Shown: positions 26,966-37,292, counted from the first letter of the stretch. The stretch is DNA of 64,000 bases from Acidimicrobiales bacterium (GCA_965207755.1 OZ242297.1:2375406-2439405), one strand, 5' to 3'. Program-made: numbers and translations. The notes: generated by a model not told the origin, from the sequence alone.

Positions 26966-29203
26966 CTATATGTCGAGGGTCGCCTCGTCCACCAGAGAGG
27001 AGTTCTCGACCAGATAGTCGCGCCGCACCGCCACGTCGCTGCCCATCAGGACGTCGAACATCTCCGCCGCGGCGTCGGCCTGCTGGGCGTCGGACATCGT
27101 GAGACGGCGCAGCGTGCGGGTGTCGGGATCGAGCGCGCAGTGCCGGAGTTCGTCGGTGTTCATCTCCCCCAGCCCCTTGAAGCGCTGCCATTTCACGTTC
27201 TCAGGCCTGCGCCTGCCCCGGCAGAGCTCGCCCGTGATCCGGTCGCGCTCCTCGTCCGAATAGGCCCGGTAGGTCCGGTCCCCGACCCTTGCGGTGTACA
27301 GCGGCGGCTGGGCCGAGAAGACACGGCCCTGGACGAGCATCTCCCGCATGTACCCGTGGATGAGGGTCAACAGCAGGCAGCGGATATGGCTGCCGTCGAC
27401 GTCGGCGTCGCACAGGATGACGATCCGGCCGTAGCGGGCGGCCTCGATGTCGAAGGCGTCGCCCGCGCCTGCGCCCATGGCGGTGAAGATCGCCTGTGCC
27501 TCGGCATTGTCGAGCACCTGCTTGGGGCTTGCCTTGGAGGCGTTCACGATCTTGCCCCTCAGCGGGAGGATGGCCATGAACTCCGAATCGCGGCCCCGCT
27601 TGGCCGGGCCCGCCGCCGAGTCGCCCTCCACCAGGATCAGTTCGGCCCTGTCCCCGCGGACACGGCAGTCGGCCAGCTTGTCCGGCATGCCGGTCGAGCC
27701 GAGACTGGCCGCCTTGCGCTTGGTGTCGAGCATCTGCTTGGAGGCGACGCGGTTCACCACCGCGGCAGCCACCTTGTCGCCGATGGCCTTCACCTGCGAG
27801 CGGGGACCGCCACCCGGCTCGAACCACTCCTTGAGCTGCTCGTAGGTGATCCGGGCCACGATGCCCTCGACCGCGGGAGTGCCCAGTTCCTGCTTGGTCT
27901 GGCCCCGGAACTGCGGTTCGGAGAACTGCACCTTGACCGCCGCGACGAGCCCCTCGCGCACGTCGTCCTTGGTGGCATTGGTCTTGGCCGCGCTGCTCCT
28001 GGCGTTCTTGGCGCCGGCCCCACTGCTGTCACGGGCCAGCCGGGCCAGCTTGCGATTGTCCTTGAGCAGCACGCCGTTGACCACCCGTGTCAACGCCTTG
28101 TCGAACCCGGCGAGGTGCGTGCCGCCGGAACTGGTGGGGATCGTGTTCACGAATGACTCCACGTCGCTGTCGTATCCCGCCATCCAGCGGAGCGCGACGT
28201 CGACGGTGCACTCTCGCTCGACCTCGGTGATCTTGCCGTCGACGGGCACCTTCTCCGTGAAGCGCTCGATGCCGTTGATCGTGACGACGCCGCTGACGGC
28301 GTCCCCGCCAGATCGTTCCGAACGCTCCTTGACCAGGTCGGCGAGGCCGCCCCTGCTCACGAATTCGAGGGGCTCGGCGCTCTCGCCGGGCCGGTGGTCG
28401 GCGACCGTCATCTTCAAGCCCGGCACCAGATAGCACATCTGCTTGACCCGGCCGCGCACCTCGTCGGCGTCGATGCGGGCGTCGGGATGGAAGAGGGCCA
28501 TATCCGGCCAGAACCTCACCTTCGTGCCGGTTGTCTTGGTCCGCCGAGTGGAAGGACGGACGTCGCTGCCGGGCACGAACCCGTCCCCCCCGCCTCCGGC
28601 GAAATGGCCCGGCGCCTGATCCTTGAAGCTCAACTCGTGGACGAACCCGTCACGGCGCACTTCGACGTCGAGCCGGGTGGACAGGGCGTTCACGACCGAC
28701 GCACCCACGCCGTGCAGTCCGCCGGAGGCCTTGTAGGCGCCCTCGCCGAACTTGCCGCCCGCGTGAAGCTCGGTGAACACCACTTCCAGGGCCGACACGT
28801 CGCGGTCGGGGTGCTTGCCGACGGGAATGCCCCGACCATTGTCCGACACCTCGATCGACCCGTCGCGGCGCAGCGTGACATCCACTTTTCTGCCGAAACC
28901 CGCAGCGGCCTCGTCGACAGCGTTGTCGACGATCTCCCAGACGAGATGCATGAGGCCCTCGGACCCGTTGCCGCCGATGTACATGGCCGGGCGCTTGCGA
29001 ACAGCCTCCAGACCCTCGAGCGTCTCTATGGAGTCGGCGTCGTACGTGTCCGTGGAGCGGGCCGACGCCCCGTTGGAGCCGCTGCCGGCACGGCCGTCAG
29101 CTTCCCGCCCGGCCGTGGAATCCATCTCGATTCCCGGCAACAGCGGTACCTCGACCGCCTCCGACCTCCTCGTCGACGGGGTTGACGCCACCGGATTCAC
29201 CAC
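26966..29203 (-). CDS. Type IIA DNA topoisomerase subunit B (GyrB/ParE-like)
   Basis: Motifs LEAVRKRPAMYIG, GGLHGVGASVVNA, LVEGDSAAG, PLRGKIVN and DADVDGSHI. Confidence 0.9.
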   Translation of the reverse strand: MVNPVASTPSTRRSEAVEVPLLPGIEMDSTAGREADGRAGSGSNGASARSTDTYDADSIETLEGLEAVRKRPAMYIGGNGSEGLMHLVWEIVDNAVDEAAAGFGRKVDVTLRRDGSIEVSDNGRGIPVGKHPDRDVSALEVVFTELHAGGKFGEGAYKASGGLHGVGASVVNALSTRLDVEVRRDGFVHELSFKDQAPGHFAGGGGDGFVPGSDVRPSTRRTKTTGTKVRFWPDMALFHPDARIDADEVRGRVKQMCYLVPGLKMTVADHRPGESAEPLEFVSRGGLADLVKERSERSGGDAVSGVVTINGIERFTEKVPVDGKITEVERECTVDVALRWMAGYDSDVESFVNTIPTSSGGTHLAGFDKALTRVVNGVLLKDNRKLARLARDSSGAGAKNARSSAAKTNATKDDVREGLVAAVKVQFSEPQFRGQTKQELGTPAVEGIVARITYEQLKEWFEPGGGPRSQVKAIGDKVAAAVVNRVASKQMLDTKRKAASLGSTGMPDKLADCRVRGDRAELILVEGDSAAGPAKRGRDSEFMAILPLRGKIVNASKASPKQVLDNAEAQAIFTAMGAGAGDAFDIEAARYGRIVILCDADVDGSHIRCLLLTLIHGYMREMLVQGRVFSAQPPLYTARVGDRTYRAYSDEERDRITGELCRGRRRPENVKWQRFKGLGEMNTDELRHCALDPDTRTLRRLTMSDAQQADAAAEMFDVLMGSDVAVRRDYLVENSSLVDEATLDI

Positions 29204-31734
29204 CTTCCCGGCGCCAGGGCATGGATGCGGCGCTCGAGGCGCTGGGGTGAGCGGTAGCGCGCCGTGGGCTCGATCCTTAGCGGCACGGGGTGGGGGTCGA
29301 TCCTGCGGGGATTGCCGTCCTGACCCATCAAGGCCAGCATGCCGTCGGCAGCACCCACCGCCGCGGCAACGACGGACTCCCCGGGCTGGAGCTTCACAAC
29401 GAGCACGCCCCGGCCTCCCCTGCCCTGCGTCGGCAGCTCCGAGCAGTGCGTGGCCTTGACACCGCTCCCGGCGCCCGTCGTGCTCGTCGCGACCGTCAGC
29501 ACGGCGTCGCCGATCACGGCGCCCGCGCCCACCGGCACCGAGCCGACGCGCAGCTTGATGCCGGCCATGCCCGCCGCGCCGCGACGCTGCACCCGGACCG
29601 ACGAGGCTGCCATGCGCAGCGCTCTCCCGTCATCGGCCGCCAGCACGAGGTCCGCGTCGTCGGGGGCGGTGAAGGCGCAGGCCAGCCTGTCTCCGGCGCC
29701 CAACGACACCAGCGACGCCCCCGGAGCCGCGCTGAGCACCTCGTCCGCCTCGATCCGCTTGATGCCGCCCCCTGCCGTCACCATGACAAGCCGGTCGCTG
29801 CCTGCCGCCACGAGCGCCAGGACTTGCTCGCCGGCGTCCAGATCGAGGACGGACGCGACGGCCGCGCCGCGGACGCGGTTGTTCGCCTCGGGGATGTCCG
29901 CGCCGCGCGCGCTGAGCGCTCGCCCCGCACTGGTCACCGCGACCACGGGAGTGCCGGTCGAGGCCACCACCCTGGCCGCGATCAGGTCGTGGCGTCCGGG
30001 TGATGCCCGCCGGTCTCCCTTCAGCGACGCCCGCCCGATATGGCCGCTGGTGGACACTGTCACCACGCACGGCAGATCAGGCCCGGGATCGGCCGGGTCT
30101 GGCGCAGCCGCCGAGGCAGTTCCGCCGCCCGAGTGTTCGGCCAGCTCGCGTTCAGCGACCTCGGTTGTGACTATCCGGCTGCGCCGCGGCCGGCCGTGGT
30201 CGCCGACGATCCGCCGCAACTCCTTGCGCACGATGGCCCGTTGCCTGCGGCTGCTGGCGAGTATCTCCCTGAAGTCAGTGATGTCCGCCCGCAGCCCCTC
30301 GGCCTCCGCATCGAGTCTCTCGCGCTCCAGGGCTGTGAGCCGCCGGAGCGCCATGTCGAGTATGTGGGTTGCCTGTACTTCGGTCAGGCCGAACCGGGCC
30401 ATTAGCCCCGCCCTTGCCTCCGTCGCGTCCCGGGCGCCGCGGATCAGGCCCACTACGTCGTCGATGTTGTCGAGAGCGACGATCAGGCCCTCCACGATGT
30501 GCAGACGCTCGTCGGCCCGCCGCTGCCGGTGGCGGGTACGGCGCACGACGACTTGGAGACGGTGCGCCACATGGTGCTCGCAGAGCTCCCTCAGCCCGAC
30601 GGTGGTGGGGACACCGTCGACCAGCACCACGTTGTTGACGCTCAGACTCTCCTCCAGGGGAGTGTGCCGGTACAGCTCGCCTAGGACGGCGGAAGGGTCC
30701 GAACCCGGCTTCAGGTCGATCTGCAGCCGCAGTCCGTCCATGTCGCTCAAGTCGGCGATGCCGGAGACCCCGGCGAGCCGTCCAGCTCCCACCAACTCGG
30801 TGATGCGCGACACCACCCGCTCCGGTCCCACGAGGTGGGGCAGTTCGGTGACGATGACTGCCTGGCGGCGGCGGGTGACGGACTCGATGCTGGCCCGTGC
30901 CCGCACCCTCACCGATCCTCGTCCACAGTCGTAGGCGGCTCGAAGGCCGTCGTCGGCCACCACGATCCCGCCGCCGGGGAAGTCGGGCCCGGGAACCGCG
31001 CCCATGAGCTCGTCGGTCGTCGGCCGCGGCCTGCGCTGGCGGCCCCGTGCGCCGCCTGCCCCTGCCGGCTCGGACTCTGTCACGGCTCCGCCCGGCTGCT
31101 TGCTCATGACCAGCTCGATGGCCTCAACGACCTCGGCCAGATTGTGGGGCAGCATGTTCGTAGCCATGCCCACGGCGATTCCGGCGGTGCCGTTCACGAG
31201 CAGGTTGGGCAGCGCCGCGGGCAGGACGACCGGTTCGGTGTCCTCTCCGTCGTAGGTAGGACGGAAGTCGACGGTGTCCTCGTCGAGTTCCCCCACCATG
31301 TCCATGGCCGCTTCGCTGAGGCGGCACTCCGTGTAGCGGGAGGCGGCCGGTGGGTCGTCGAGGCTGCCGAAGTTGCCCTGCGGGTCCACCAGGGCGACCA
31401 TGCGGCTGAAGTCCTGGCCCATGCGGACGAGGGTGTCGTAGATGGCGGCGTCGCCGTGAGGGTGGTAGCGGCCCATCGTGTCGCCCACCACGCGCGCCGA
31501 CTTGCGGTACGGGGTGCCCGAGCGCAGGCCCATCTGCAGCATCGAGTAGAGCACACGGCGCTGCACCGGCTTGAGACCGTCCCGCACGTCTGGGATGGCA
31601 CGGGAGGTGATGACCGACAGGGCGTAGGCGAGGAACGAGTCGCTCATCTCCTCGGCCACCGGCACGTCGTCCACCTGGCGGGCCGGGACTGGATCGAGGA
31701 TCGCGGTGGTCAGTTGCTGTTGTGGTGGTGCCAC
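29197..31734 (-). CDS. Type IIA DNA topoisomerase subunit A (GyrA/ParC-like)
   Basis: Motifs DGLKPVQRRVLY, HPHGD, active-site AASRYTE and NGTAGIAVGMATN. Overlaps subunit B by 7 nt. Confidence 0.9.
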   Translation of the reverse strand: MAPPQQQLTTAILDPVPARQVDDVPVAEEMSDSFLAYALSVITSRAIPDVRDGLKPVQRRVLYSMLQMGLRSGTPYRKSARVVGDTMGRYHPHGDAAIYDTLVRMGQDFSRMVALVDPQGNFGSLDDPPAASRYTECRLSEAAMDMVGELDEDTVDFRPTYDGEDTEPVVLPAALPNLLVNGTAGIAVGMATNMLPHNLAEVVEAIELVMSKQPGGAVTESEPAGAGGARGRQRRPRPTTDELMGAVPGPDFPGGGIVVADDGLRAAYDCGRGSVRVRARASIESVTRRRQAVIVTELPHLVGPERVVSRITELVGAGRLAGVSGIADLSDMDGLRLQIDLKPGSDPSAVLGELYRHTPLEESLSVNNVVLVDGVPTTVGLRELCEHHVAHRLQVVVRRTRHRQRRADERLHIVEGLIVALDNIDDVVGLIRGARDATEARAGLMARFGLTEVQATHILDMALRRLTALERERLDAEAEGLRADITDFREILASSRRQRAIVRKELRRIVGDHGRPRRSRIVTTEVAERELAEHSGGGTASAAAPDPADPGPDLPCVVTVSTSGHIGRASLKGDRRASPGRHDLIAARVVASTGTPVVAVTSAGRALSARGADIPEANNRVRGAAVASVLDLDAGEQVLALVAAGSDRLVMVTAGGGIKRIEADEVLSAAPGASLVSLGAGDRLACAFTAPDDADLVLAADDGRALRMAASSVRVQRRGAAGMAGIKLRVGSVPVGAGAVIGDAVLTVATSTTGAGSGVKATHCSELPTQGRGGRGVLVVKLQPGESVVAAAVGAADGMLALMGQDGNPRRIDPHPVPLRIEPTARYRSPQRLERRIHALAPGRW

Positions 31735-32058
31735 AGTCGTCTCCGGGCTCTTGTCCTTCTCGAGGCTTCTCGTGCTCCGCGTGCCCCCGTGGGCCTGGCC
31801 CGGGCGGGGATTCCGGCGCGGCTCACCGACGGGGCCGAAGGTAGCGGCTGGCGCTCGGAGGTTCGGTGACCCCGCCGGTCATGGACTCCGAGGCAGAGCG
31901 GCGCAACCGGTTGGAACGGACATGGCGGACCGGGTCCCCACAGCCGACCGGCGCCCCTTTCTCGACAGAGCCCACCGTAACCCCCGTCGCCGGCACGCCG
32001 CGACGGAGGATCCGGCCGGGCACCGACTGAAGGGCCTCCGCACCGACCGTCACCCCCA

Positions 32059-33489
32059 TCACCCGGCGACCGGCGGGCCGCGTACCGCAGTTCTGCCACC
32101 GGTTCCGGCCTCGTCGGACCCCACCACGTCGACCGGGCTGTCTCCCCGGACGCCGAATCCGTCTGCGGCATCTGCGTCCTTCCGGTTCCCTCCGCGGGGG
32201 GCCGTGGACCAGGTGATGACTCCCAGTTCGTCGACCTTGCGCACGACACGCCGCCTGTTCCGGTGCAGCCACAGGTGGCAGCCTCCGCACAGAGCGACCA
32301 GGTTCTCGACGTCGGTCGGTCCCCGATCTTCGTCCCACTCATCGGCGTGATGGAGCCGGCAGCGATGCATCGGTGCCCGGCACAGCACGCAGCCACGATC
32401 CCGCAGAGCGACCGCCAGGTACTGGTCGATGCTGGCCAAGCGCTCCATTCGGCCCAGCCACAAGGGTTGGCCGTTCCCGCCGAAGACGGCGCCGACTAGC
32501 CGGTCATCGGGCGAGATGCTGTCGAGCACCGTCGGGGGAACCGGCCCGACCCCGATGATCTCACAGGATCCGTCCGGGTCGGTGCCGTCCACCACGCCCA
32601 CGGTCACCGCGATGATCCGTCCGGGCGGCAGGCGCCGCCAGCCCCGCGGCCCGTCGTCAGCCGAGAGGGGCTCGTGGGTCAGAGCATCCAGCCCGGTACA
32701 CAACTCGAAGATGGCGTCCATCGTGCGCTGGCCGTTGTTCCGCACCGCATCGGGCGTGCCGTCTCGACCCCCGTCCTTGCGCCACAGATAGTCCTTGCGC
32801 TCGTCCACCGCCTGCTCCAGCACACCGAAGCTGACCGGATCCATTTCGCCCTTCATCACGCCCATGCCGTCGCCGCCGACGAACAGGTCCGCCTTCCGGC
32901 TGTTGCGCTGCCCCTTGAGCAGGTCGCCCCCAGCCGACGGGTCGTGACGCTGGGCGAACCTCCGGGCCACCCGGCTGAACGACCCGGCGTCCCGGGTGGC
33001 CGCCTGGTAGAGCAACTCGTCGGAGCCGTCCACCACCGCCGCGCCGCACTGCTTGGCCGCAGAACCCAGGGCGAACACGCTCTCGAGCGTCAACTCCCCC
33101 GCGTCCAACAGCCGGCCGACGTTGGGCATCGTCTCGACCGTCCTAGCCGCATCAGTCACTCGCTTGGCCGACCGGCCCGACAGCTTCGCCCCAGCCACGA
33201 GCGCCTCCCGTGCAGAGCCTGCCCGCAGCGATTCCAACCCGCCCGCAACCCGCAGCGTCAGAGCATCGGCCAGAGCCGTCACCCGGCCGACCCCGGCCGC
33301 CACCCGGCACAACTCGTCTTCGTCCAACCCCCCCAAAGAGATCGACCGCAAGGCCTCGCAAGTCGCCTCCAGCAGCCTCAGCACCGAGGACCCGCGATCC
33401 GCTTCGCTGCCGTTCGAGGAGCCGACCTCCGCCGCTGCCAGCCCGCGGCCGGACTCGCCGCTGCCATTCAGAACACCCGTTCGTTCCAT
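32059..33489 (-). CDS. DUF222 plus HNH endonuclease (13E12-repeat-family type)
   Basis: C-terminal CRLHHADEWDEDRGPTDVENLVALCGGCHLWLH. The N-terminal helical region is typical of actinobacterial DUF222 proteins. Confidence 0.85.
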   Translation of the reverse strand: MERTGVLNGSGESGRGLAAAEVGSSNGSEADRGSSVLRLLEATCEALRSISLGGLDEDELCRVAAGVGRVTALADALTLRVAGGLESLRAGSAREALVAGAKLSGRSAKRVTDAARTVETMPNVGRLLDAGELTLESVFALGSAAKQCGAAVVDGSDELLYQAATRDAGSFSRVARRFAQRHDPSAGGDLLKGQRNSRKADLFVGGDGMGVMKGEMDPVSFGVLEQAVDERKDYLWRKDGGRDGTPDAVRNNGQRTMDAIFELCTGLDALTHEPLSADDGPRGWRRLPPGRIIAVTVGVVDGTDPDGSCEIIGVGPVPPTVLDSISPDDRLVGAVFGGNGQPLWLGRMERLASIDQYLAVALRDRGCVLCRAPMHRCRLHHADEWDEDRGPTDVENLVALCGGCHLWLHRNRRRVVRKVDELGVITWSTAPRGGNRKDADAADGFGVRGDSPVDVVGSDEAGTGGRTAVRGPPVAG

Positions 33490-33571
33490 GGCTGCCACTC
33501 TACCCACCCCCTGTGACAATCCAACCTGATAAATCACAGAAATACCTAGAACTCCTCAGAAATCTCATTGA

Positions 33572-33692
33572 GGCGATCCCGGCATCCACCTCAGATGCGC
33601 CAGCCTGCATCAACGGAACTCGCCCCGAGAGGCGGCGATCCCGGCGGTCAACTCGGTGCGCCAGCCTGCATCAACGCAGCTCGCGCCGAGAG
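33572..33692 (+). repeat. Two tandem ~60-bp units upstream of the HNH gene
   Basis: Units span 33572-33631 and 33634-33692. A perfect 20-mer TGCGCCAGCCTGCATCAACG occurs at 33596-33615 and 33657-33676. Confidence 0.8.
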
Positions 33693-33716
33693 ATGATCGC
33701 GTTCCGGCGCGGGGCG

Positions 33717-35444
33717 CTAGCGGGAGCCCTCGACCTCCACGGTGACTATGTCGATGCCGCTGTACTTGCGATGACGTACCGCCGAAGCGAAGTGCCTCAG
33801 CAGGCGGAGAGAGACCTCTCGCTGCTCCGTCGCGTCGGTCTGGTTGCTCAGATACGCGAGTTGGTCCTGGATGTTCTCGTCCGCCAGCCCGGCGAGGAAC
33901 TCCAGCTCCACGAGGCCGGCGCCCGGTCGCGCCACGACCACGAGGCGGCGCGGCGCCTCATCGGTGTTCATCTCCAGCAGGCTCGACAGCGCCTCCTCGC
34001 CGACGAAGCGCAGACGGCCCGTCGAGGCCTCGTCCCAACCGATGCTCGTCGCGAGCGTCTCGAGGAACTCGTCGATCTCGGGCAGCGCATTCATGTGCAG
34101 CTCGAGTTCGAGCCGTCTGCGCCGGGCGCCGCTCACCTCGATGAACGCCGTCAGGAGGACCGCCGTGGCCGTGCCCATTGTCAGGCCGTCGCCGAGCAGC
34201 GTCCCCCAGGTGCCGCCGACGAGATCAGCGACCGCGTTCTCGCCCTGCAGCCCGATCCCGACCGCGAGCGAGACGCCGACGATCAGGGCCTTGCGAGGCT
34301 CGAGGCCGTCTTGGAGGACCGTGCGGAAGCCCTCAACGAAGAGCATCCCCATGATCACCAGCAGGTAGGCGCCGATGACCGGGTCGGGAATCGTCAGCAA
34401 CAGCGCCGCGACCTTCGGCAGGAACGTCAAGGCCACAAGCATGACGCCGATGGCGTACCCGACCCGGCGCGCCGCGACGCCGGTGAAGTTGGCGAGTGAG
34501 ACGCTCGACGCCTCGAAGCCCCAGGTGGGCAGCGTCCCCGCGATGCCCGACAGCACCCCGCACACCCCGTTGGCGCTGACGGCGCCCTGCACGAGCCGGT
34601 AGTCGGTGACCCTCGGCTCGCGCCAGGAGACCCGCTGCACGGCCACGCTGCCGCCGACCGACTTGATCGCGGTCGCGGTCGACACGATCAGGAACATCGG
34701 CAGGAGCGCCCAGAACTGGCGGCCTGGCGTCAGGTCGAATCCCGGAAACCAGGGCTCGGGCACACCGATCCACGGCGCGTCCATCACGCGCTGAGCGCTG
34801 TAGAGCCCGAACACCGCGGCGGCGGCACACCCGGCGAGAACTCCGACCATGGGCGACCACAGCCGGAGAGCGCCCTTGGCCCGCAGCCCCAGGAGTGCGG
34901 CACCGGCCACCGTCACCGCGGCGACGGCCGGCTCGGCCAGGGCGGGAGCGCCCTCAGAGGCCCCCAGTCTCGCCACTACGACCTGCATGATGCCGACCGA
35001 GATCAGCATGAGCACCACGCCGGAGACGACCGGCGTGATGATCCGGCGCAGACGCCTGAGACACCCCCCGAGGGCCAGTTGGAGGACCGAGGACACGACG
35101 ACCAGGGTGGTCAGCGTCTCCAGCCCGGCCTCGTTCACGGCGACGAGCCCGACGGCCACGAAGCCGGAGGCAGTGCCGCTGACCAGGTTGTGGCCGCCCC
35201 CGAGCGGCCCGAGGCGGGCGGCCTGAAGGGCGGTCGCGATGCCGCTGATCATGATTGCCGCGAGGACGGACCAGGCCAGGTAGCGCTCGCCGAGGCCCGA
35301 GGCCCGAGCGAACAGCGACATGGTCAGCACCGTCGGTGCGATGGCCAGCAGGACCCCCTGCAGCCCCACGCTGACCGACACGGCGAGGGGGCACTTGTCG
35401 TCGGGCTCGTGGGTGATGCCCTCGACTAGACCCACGGCCCCCAA
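33717..35444 (-). CDS. NCS2 (xanthine/uracil permease-like) transporter with extra ~150-aa C-terminal cytoplasmic domain
   Basis: Multi-TM body with a VGLQGVLLAI start and ..ANFTGVAARRVGY.. motifs. The tail RRRRLELELHMN..VVVARPGAGLVELEFL.. has no TM segments. Confidence 0.7.
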   Translation of the reverse strand: MGAVGLVEGITHEPDDKCPLAVSVSVGLQGVLLAIAPTVLTMSLFARASGLGERYLAWSVLAAIMISGIATALQAARLGPLGGGHNLVSGTASGFVAVGLVAVNEAGLETLTTLVVVSSVLQLALGGCLRRLRRIITPVVSGVVLMLISVGIMQVVVARLGASEGAPALAEPAVAAVTVAGAALLGLRAKGALRLWSPMVGVLAGCAAAAVFGLYSAQRVMDAPWIGVPEPWFPGFDLTPGRQFWALLPMFLIVSTATAIKSVGGSVAVQRVSWREPRVTDYRLVQGAVSANGVCGVLSGIAGTLPTWGFEASSVSLANFTGVAARRVGYAIGVMLVALTFLPKVAALLLTIPDPVIGAYLLVIMGMLFVEGFRTVLQDGLEPRKALIVGVSLAVGIGLQGENAVADLVGGTWGTLLGDGLTMGTATAVLLTAFIEVSGARRRRLELELHMNALPEIDEFLETLATSIGWDEASTGRLRFVGEEALSSLLEMNTDEAPRRLVVVARPGAGLVELEFLAGLADENIQDQLAYLSNQTDATEQREVSLRLLRHFASAVRHRKYSGIDIVTVEVEGSR

Positions 35445-35480
35445 CCCGGGGAGATCAGGCGGATGCGAGCCTTTCGCCCG

Positions 35481-35771
35481 TCACACGCCCTCGACGACGA
35501 ACGCGCTGGTGTCTGCAAGCCGGCTGCGCTGCTCGCGCAACTCGACGAAGGCGTCCACTTCGAACAGGGCTGTCACTTGGTCCATGCTCTCGAACTCGAC
35601 CACCGCCATGCGGTTCAGCGCCAGATCTCCGCCCTTCGGCTCGATCGGCCCGCCTCGAATCAGGTACCTCCCCCCGTGAGATCTGACCATCTCGGCGAGC
35701 GAGTCCGAGACGCTCTCGAGCCCCTCGGGGTCGCTGATCTCGGAGTCCACAATCACGAAGTACACGGCCAC
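35481..35771 (-). CDS. DUF1330-domain protein
   Basis: 96 aa. YFVIVDSEI..GGRYLIRGG..MAVVEFES pattern. Confidence 0.75.
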   Translation of the reverse strand: MAVYFVIVDSEISDPEGLESVSDSLAEMVRSHGGRYLIRGGPIEPKGGDLALNRMAVVEFESMDQVTALFEVDAFVELREQRSRLADTSAFVVEGV

Positions 35772-35871
35772 AATGCTCTCCTTCCGCGGCCCGTCCTACT
35801 TCCGGGAAGTTCTACTATCCCATGTGGCCCTGTCAAGTCCGCACGGCCCTGTCAAGCCCCGGCGCCCGGCG

Positions 35872-37251
35872 TCAGGAGGCGCCGCGCTCCACGTGGCCGC
35901 CGTATCCGGCCGTGCCCGAGACGCCGGCCGCCGAACCGAGGCGCGGCAGCGGCACGGCGCGGTAGGGCGGCGACGGCGAGTAGGCCACCGGCAGGTGCTT
36001 GACGCCGGCGATGAAGTTGGAGCGCAGGTAGTCGGGCTCGCCGTCCGGGCGGATGTCGGGCATGCGCCGGGCGATCTCGCGGAACATCAGGCGGATCTCC
36101 ATGCGGGCCAGGCTGGCGCCCAGGCAGTAGTGCGGGCCTCCCCCGCCGAAGCCGACATGATCGTTGGGGGTGCGCTCGATGTCGAAGCGCCACGGGTCCT
36201 CGAAGGCCCGCGGGTCGCGGTTGGCGGCCGCGTGCCAGAAGACCACCTTGTCGCCCGCGGCGATCCTCACCCCGCCCAGCTCGTAGTCGGCCAGCGCCTG
36301 GCGGCGGAAGTGCAGCACCGGGGTGGCCCAGCGCACGATCTCCTCCACCGCGGTGTCCATGTGGCGGTCGGGGTCGGACACGAACTTCTCCCACTGGTCG
36401 CCGAAGTCGAAGAAGGCCATCATCCCCCATGTGATCGCGTTGCGGGTGGTCTCGATGCCGGCCACGCACAACAGCAGGAAGAGCATGTCGAACTCGGCCT
36501 CGGTCAGGGCCTCGCCGTCGACGTCGGCGGCCAGCAGCGTGGTGATGATGTCGTCGGCGGGCGTGCTGCGGCGCTCCGTCCGGAGTTCGTGGGAGTAGTC
36601 GAACATCTCGGCCGCGGCCCGCAGGACGTCCTCGCGGGTCTTGATGAACTCGGGATCGGCCCGGCCGATCAGGGCGTTGCTCCAGTCGCAGACCTTGGCC
36701 CGGTCCTCGACGGGAATGCCCATCACGTCGGCGACGGCCTGAAGGGGCAGTTCCGCCGAGATGTCGCGCACGAAGTCGCAGCGGCCCCGCTCCACGACAT
36801 TGTCCAGGATGATGTCGGTGCGGTTCTGGAGGTAGTCCTCGAGCAGACCGATCATGCGGGGGGTGAAGCCCCGGTTGACCAGCCTGCGATAGCGGGTGTG
36901 GCGGGGCGGGTCCATGTCGACCAGCGTCGGATGGCGCGCCGAGCCCGACACGGTGCGGTTCGGGTCGAGATCGCGCATCTGCGCTCCGCTGTGGCCGGAC
37001 GAGAACACGTCGGCCCGCCGGTTGACCTCCTTGACGTGGGCGTGGCGGGTGACGGCCCAGTAGCCGGAACCCCTGTCACCCTCGTCCACCCAGTGAATGC
37101 CGGGATCCGCCTCCCGCAGCCGCTCCATGACCTCGTGGTACTCCTGGCGCTGGAACAGGCCGAGGTCCCACAGGTCGACACCGGCGGCGGGGCATCGCTG
37201 CGCTCCGTGATCGAGGGGACACCCCGCCGGCTGCGCTTCGGAGGCCGCCAT
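35872..37251 (-). CDS. Cytochrome P450 (CYP125/124-like)
   Basis: Heme loop FGGGGPHYCLGASLAR, I-helix AGIETT and EEIVRW (ExxR). Confidence 0.9.
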   Translation of the reverse strand: MAASEAQPAGCPLDHGAQRCPAAGVDLWDLGLFQRQEYHEVMERLREADPGIHWVDEGDRGSGYWAVTRHAHVKEVNRRADVFSSGHSGAQMRDLDPNRTVSGSARHPTLVDMDPPRHTRYRRLVNRGFTPRMIGLLEDYLQNRTDIILDNVVERGRCDFVRDISAELPLQAVADVMGIPVEDRAKVCDWSNALIGRADPEFIKTREDVLRAAAEMFDYSHELRTERRSTPADDIITTLLAADVDGEALTEAEFDMLFLLLCVAGIETTRNAITWGMMAFFDFGDQWEKFVSDPDRHMDTAVEEIVRWATPVLHFRRQALADYELGGVRIAAGDKVVFWHAAANRDPRAFEDPWRFDIERTPNDHVGFGGGGPHYCLGASLARMEIRLMFREIARRMPDIRPDGEPDYLRSNFIAGVKHLPVAYSPSPPYRAVPLPRLGSAAGVSGTAGYGGHVERGAS

Positions 37252-37292
37252 GCGCCCACCCTAATGGCGGCTGGCAGCCCTATCGTGGGGCG

